From positions 27,692 through 91,691 of the forward strand of contig CANPWN010000002.1 of the NCBI GenBank assembly GCA_947584415.1: a DNA stretch of 64,000 nucleotides, read 5' to 3'. This DNA is from an uncultured Clostridia bacterium. Lineage in GTDB: Bacteria > Bacillota > Clostridia > Christensenellales > UBA1242. The notes below the pieces were generated by a model. It saw nothing but the letters and a program-made list of their open reading frames with translations. It did no database searches and was not told where the DNA came from. Within the stretch, counting starts at the first letter, position 1. Each line of letters begins with the position of its first letter. Positions 62,514 through 64,000 of the stretch are shown in pieces. Position numbers and translations under genes: made by a program.

Positions 62514-63716
62514 TTAGAAAATCTCCAAAAGTTTTTCTGCCACCATTTTGGCATGTTCATAAGTTAAAGCACCCTGAAAATATGCCACATAAGGCGGTCT
62601 GATTGGGCTGTCACAACTAAGCTCAATGCTTGCCCCGCCAACAAATGTTCCCGCTGCCATGATGACTTCATCTTCGTAGCCTGGCATTGCCCACGGATAT
62701 GGAGTGACAAAACTGTCAACAGGTGAAAGTTTTTGAATTGTTTGAACAAATTTGATAAGTTTGTCCTTATCATTTAAAACTATGCTGCGAATTATGTCGC
62801 TGCTTTTTTCTTCGCTATTTGGTATTGACTCATAGCCTTTTTCTTCCATTACTTTGCCAATTAGCATTGAACCTTTGATTGCTTGCGCGACAACATGTGG
62901 AGCAAGAAATAAGCCCTGATAAAAAAGGCGGTAGCCACTTTCATAAGAGCCGACCTCTCGACCAAGTGATGGGCATGTAAAACGTTTTTCAATAAGTTCA
63001 ATGGCCTTCTTTGTGCCAACAATGTATCCACCTGTCGGGACAAGGCCGCCACCTGCATTTTTTATAAGCGAGCCTATTATAACATCTGCATGATTTTGAG
63101 TTGGCTCTGCTGTTTCAACAAACTCGCCATAGCAATTGTCGACAACAACAAAGGTGTTTTCTGAAATGCTTTTAACAAAAGATGCAACTTTGCCTATCTC
63201 ATCAACGCTTAGCGCCTTTCGTGTTGAATAGCCGCGTGAACGCTGGATAAAAACAACTTTTGGGGATAATTTTTTAACTTTTTTCTTGATTGCGTCATAG
63301 TCAAAGTCATTATCCTTTAACTCAATTTTTTCATAGTTAATGCCATAATCCATAAGACTGCCATTTCCTTTTCCAACAAGGGTTTCGGATAAGGTGTCAT
63401 ACAAATCACCAGTTATTGACAAAAGCGTGTCTTTTGGCCTAAGAAGTCCATAAAGCGCGGTTGAAATTGTGTGTGTGCCACATGTGAAAAGCGGGCTGAC
63501 AATGGCGTCCTCGCCACCAAAGACTTTGCTAAACAGCATATTTAAAGTTTCCCTGCCCTTATCATCATAGCCATAGCCGGTCGTTCCGCAGAACATTGTG
63601 GCAGAAATGCGGCACTCGGCAAAAGCGCTCATAACTTTCTTTTGATTGAAATATGCAACCTCGTTAACCTCTTTGAATTTATCCTTTAGTTTTTCTTCTA
63701 TCTCATCAATTTTCAT
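62514..63716 (-). CDS. ynbB: YnbB/aluminium-resistance family PLP-dependent protein (Met gamma-lyase-like fold)
   Basis: N-terminal pattern F..C.......GTTGYGYDD.GR..L...F..VFG.EDA.V, and position downstream of miaA. Confidence 0.75.
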   Translation of the reverse strand: MKIDEIEEKLKDKFKEVNEVAYFNQKKVMSAFAECRISATMFCGTTGYGYDDKGRETLNMLFSKVFGGEDAIVSPLFTCGTHTISTALYGLLRPKDTLLSITGDLYDTLSETLVGKGNGSLMDYGINYEKIELKDNDFDYDAIKKKVKKLSPKVVFIQRSRGYSTRKALSVDEIGKVASFVKSISENTFVVVDNCYGEFVETAEPTQNHADVIIGSLIKNAGGGLVPTGGYIVGTKKAIELIEKRFTCPSLGREVGSYESGYRLFYQGLFLAPHVVAQAIKGSMLIGKVMEEKGYESIPNSEEKSSDIIRSIVLNDKDKLIKFVQTIQKLSPVDSFVTPYPWAMPGYEDEVIMAAGTFVGGASIELSCDSPIRPPYVAYFQGALTYEHAKMVAEKLLEIF

Positions 63717-64000
63717 ACCAACTCCTTACATATTCAATGGCCTGATTTTGCTCATTAACATCAAACATCTTAACGCCCATACCTCTTAAAAAGGTCATTT
63801 GGCGCTTTGCATAATTTCTTGTGTGACGCTTGATTAACTCTGTTAGTTCATTAAAGTTTATCTCACCATTAAGATATTTTATTGTTTCCTTATAACCTAT
63901 TGCTTGCATTGATTGTGAAGAAGGCGTCACTTTGTCCTTTAAAAGATTTTGAACCTCTTTAACCAAACCCTGCTCAAGCATTTTATCTGTTCGAAGGTTG
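63706..64000 (-). CDS. miaA: tRNA dimethylallyltransferase MiaA, C-terminal part (5' end beyond window)
   Basis: QAIGYKE...L.GE, RNYAKRQMTF. The reading frame stays open to the window end. Confidence 0.85.
   Translation of the reverse strand, partial: NLRTDKMLEQGLVKEVQNLLKDKVTPSSQSMQAIGYKETIKYLNGEINFNELTELIKRHTRNYAKRQMTFLRGMGVKMFDVNEQNQAIEYVRSWYEN

Noticed and set aside
1-64000. Search by eye for CRISPR arrays, IS/transposase genes, integrases, phage structural genes, restriction-modification systems, toxin-antitoxin pairs, reverse transcriptases and rRNA
   Set aside because: None was recognised. Apart from the orphans listed as findings, the window is housekeeping and sporulation core genome.

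Overview
The window looks like an AT-rich, Clostridia-type Firmicutes chromosomal core segment. Supporting this are a type-A RNase P RNA and sporulation genes (pro-sigK, SpoIVFB-like, YlbJ, YtxC-like, SpoIIM-like, DacB-like). About 60 protein genes are present, and all but four are on the minus strand. Recognisable blocks are: rimP-nusA-ylxR-ylxQ-infB-rbfA-nrnA-truB; rpsB-tsf-[orphan]-frr-uppS-cdsA-rseP-[PolC-like exonuclease]; secDF-yajC; T-box-thrS; ruvX-polA-rarA; rnpB; rpmF-plsX-rnc-smc-ftsY-sigK; pta-ackA; metG; tRNA-Ser(GGA); mnmA; scpAB; miaA. I found no CRISPR array, IS element, integrase, prophage, rRNA or known defence operon. The points worth a second look are: (1) a 450-aa protein with a divergent DAC/DisA_N-like domain; (2) a class III cyclase with a TM2/zinc-ribbon gene, lying 0.8 kb from a translationally coupled three-TM protein plus small protein pair; (3) a terminator-insulated 954-aa orphan in the pyrH slot; (4) nested partial copies of tRNA-Ser forming 137-139 bp tandem units; (5) a PolC N-terminus/OB/exonuclease protein without a polymerase; (6) a ~36-nt double-palindrome motif in 3-4 intergenic copies. 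All protein calls rest on motif recognition by eye. No database search was possible, so family assignments for the orphans are hypotheses.
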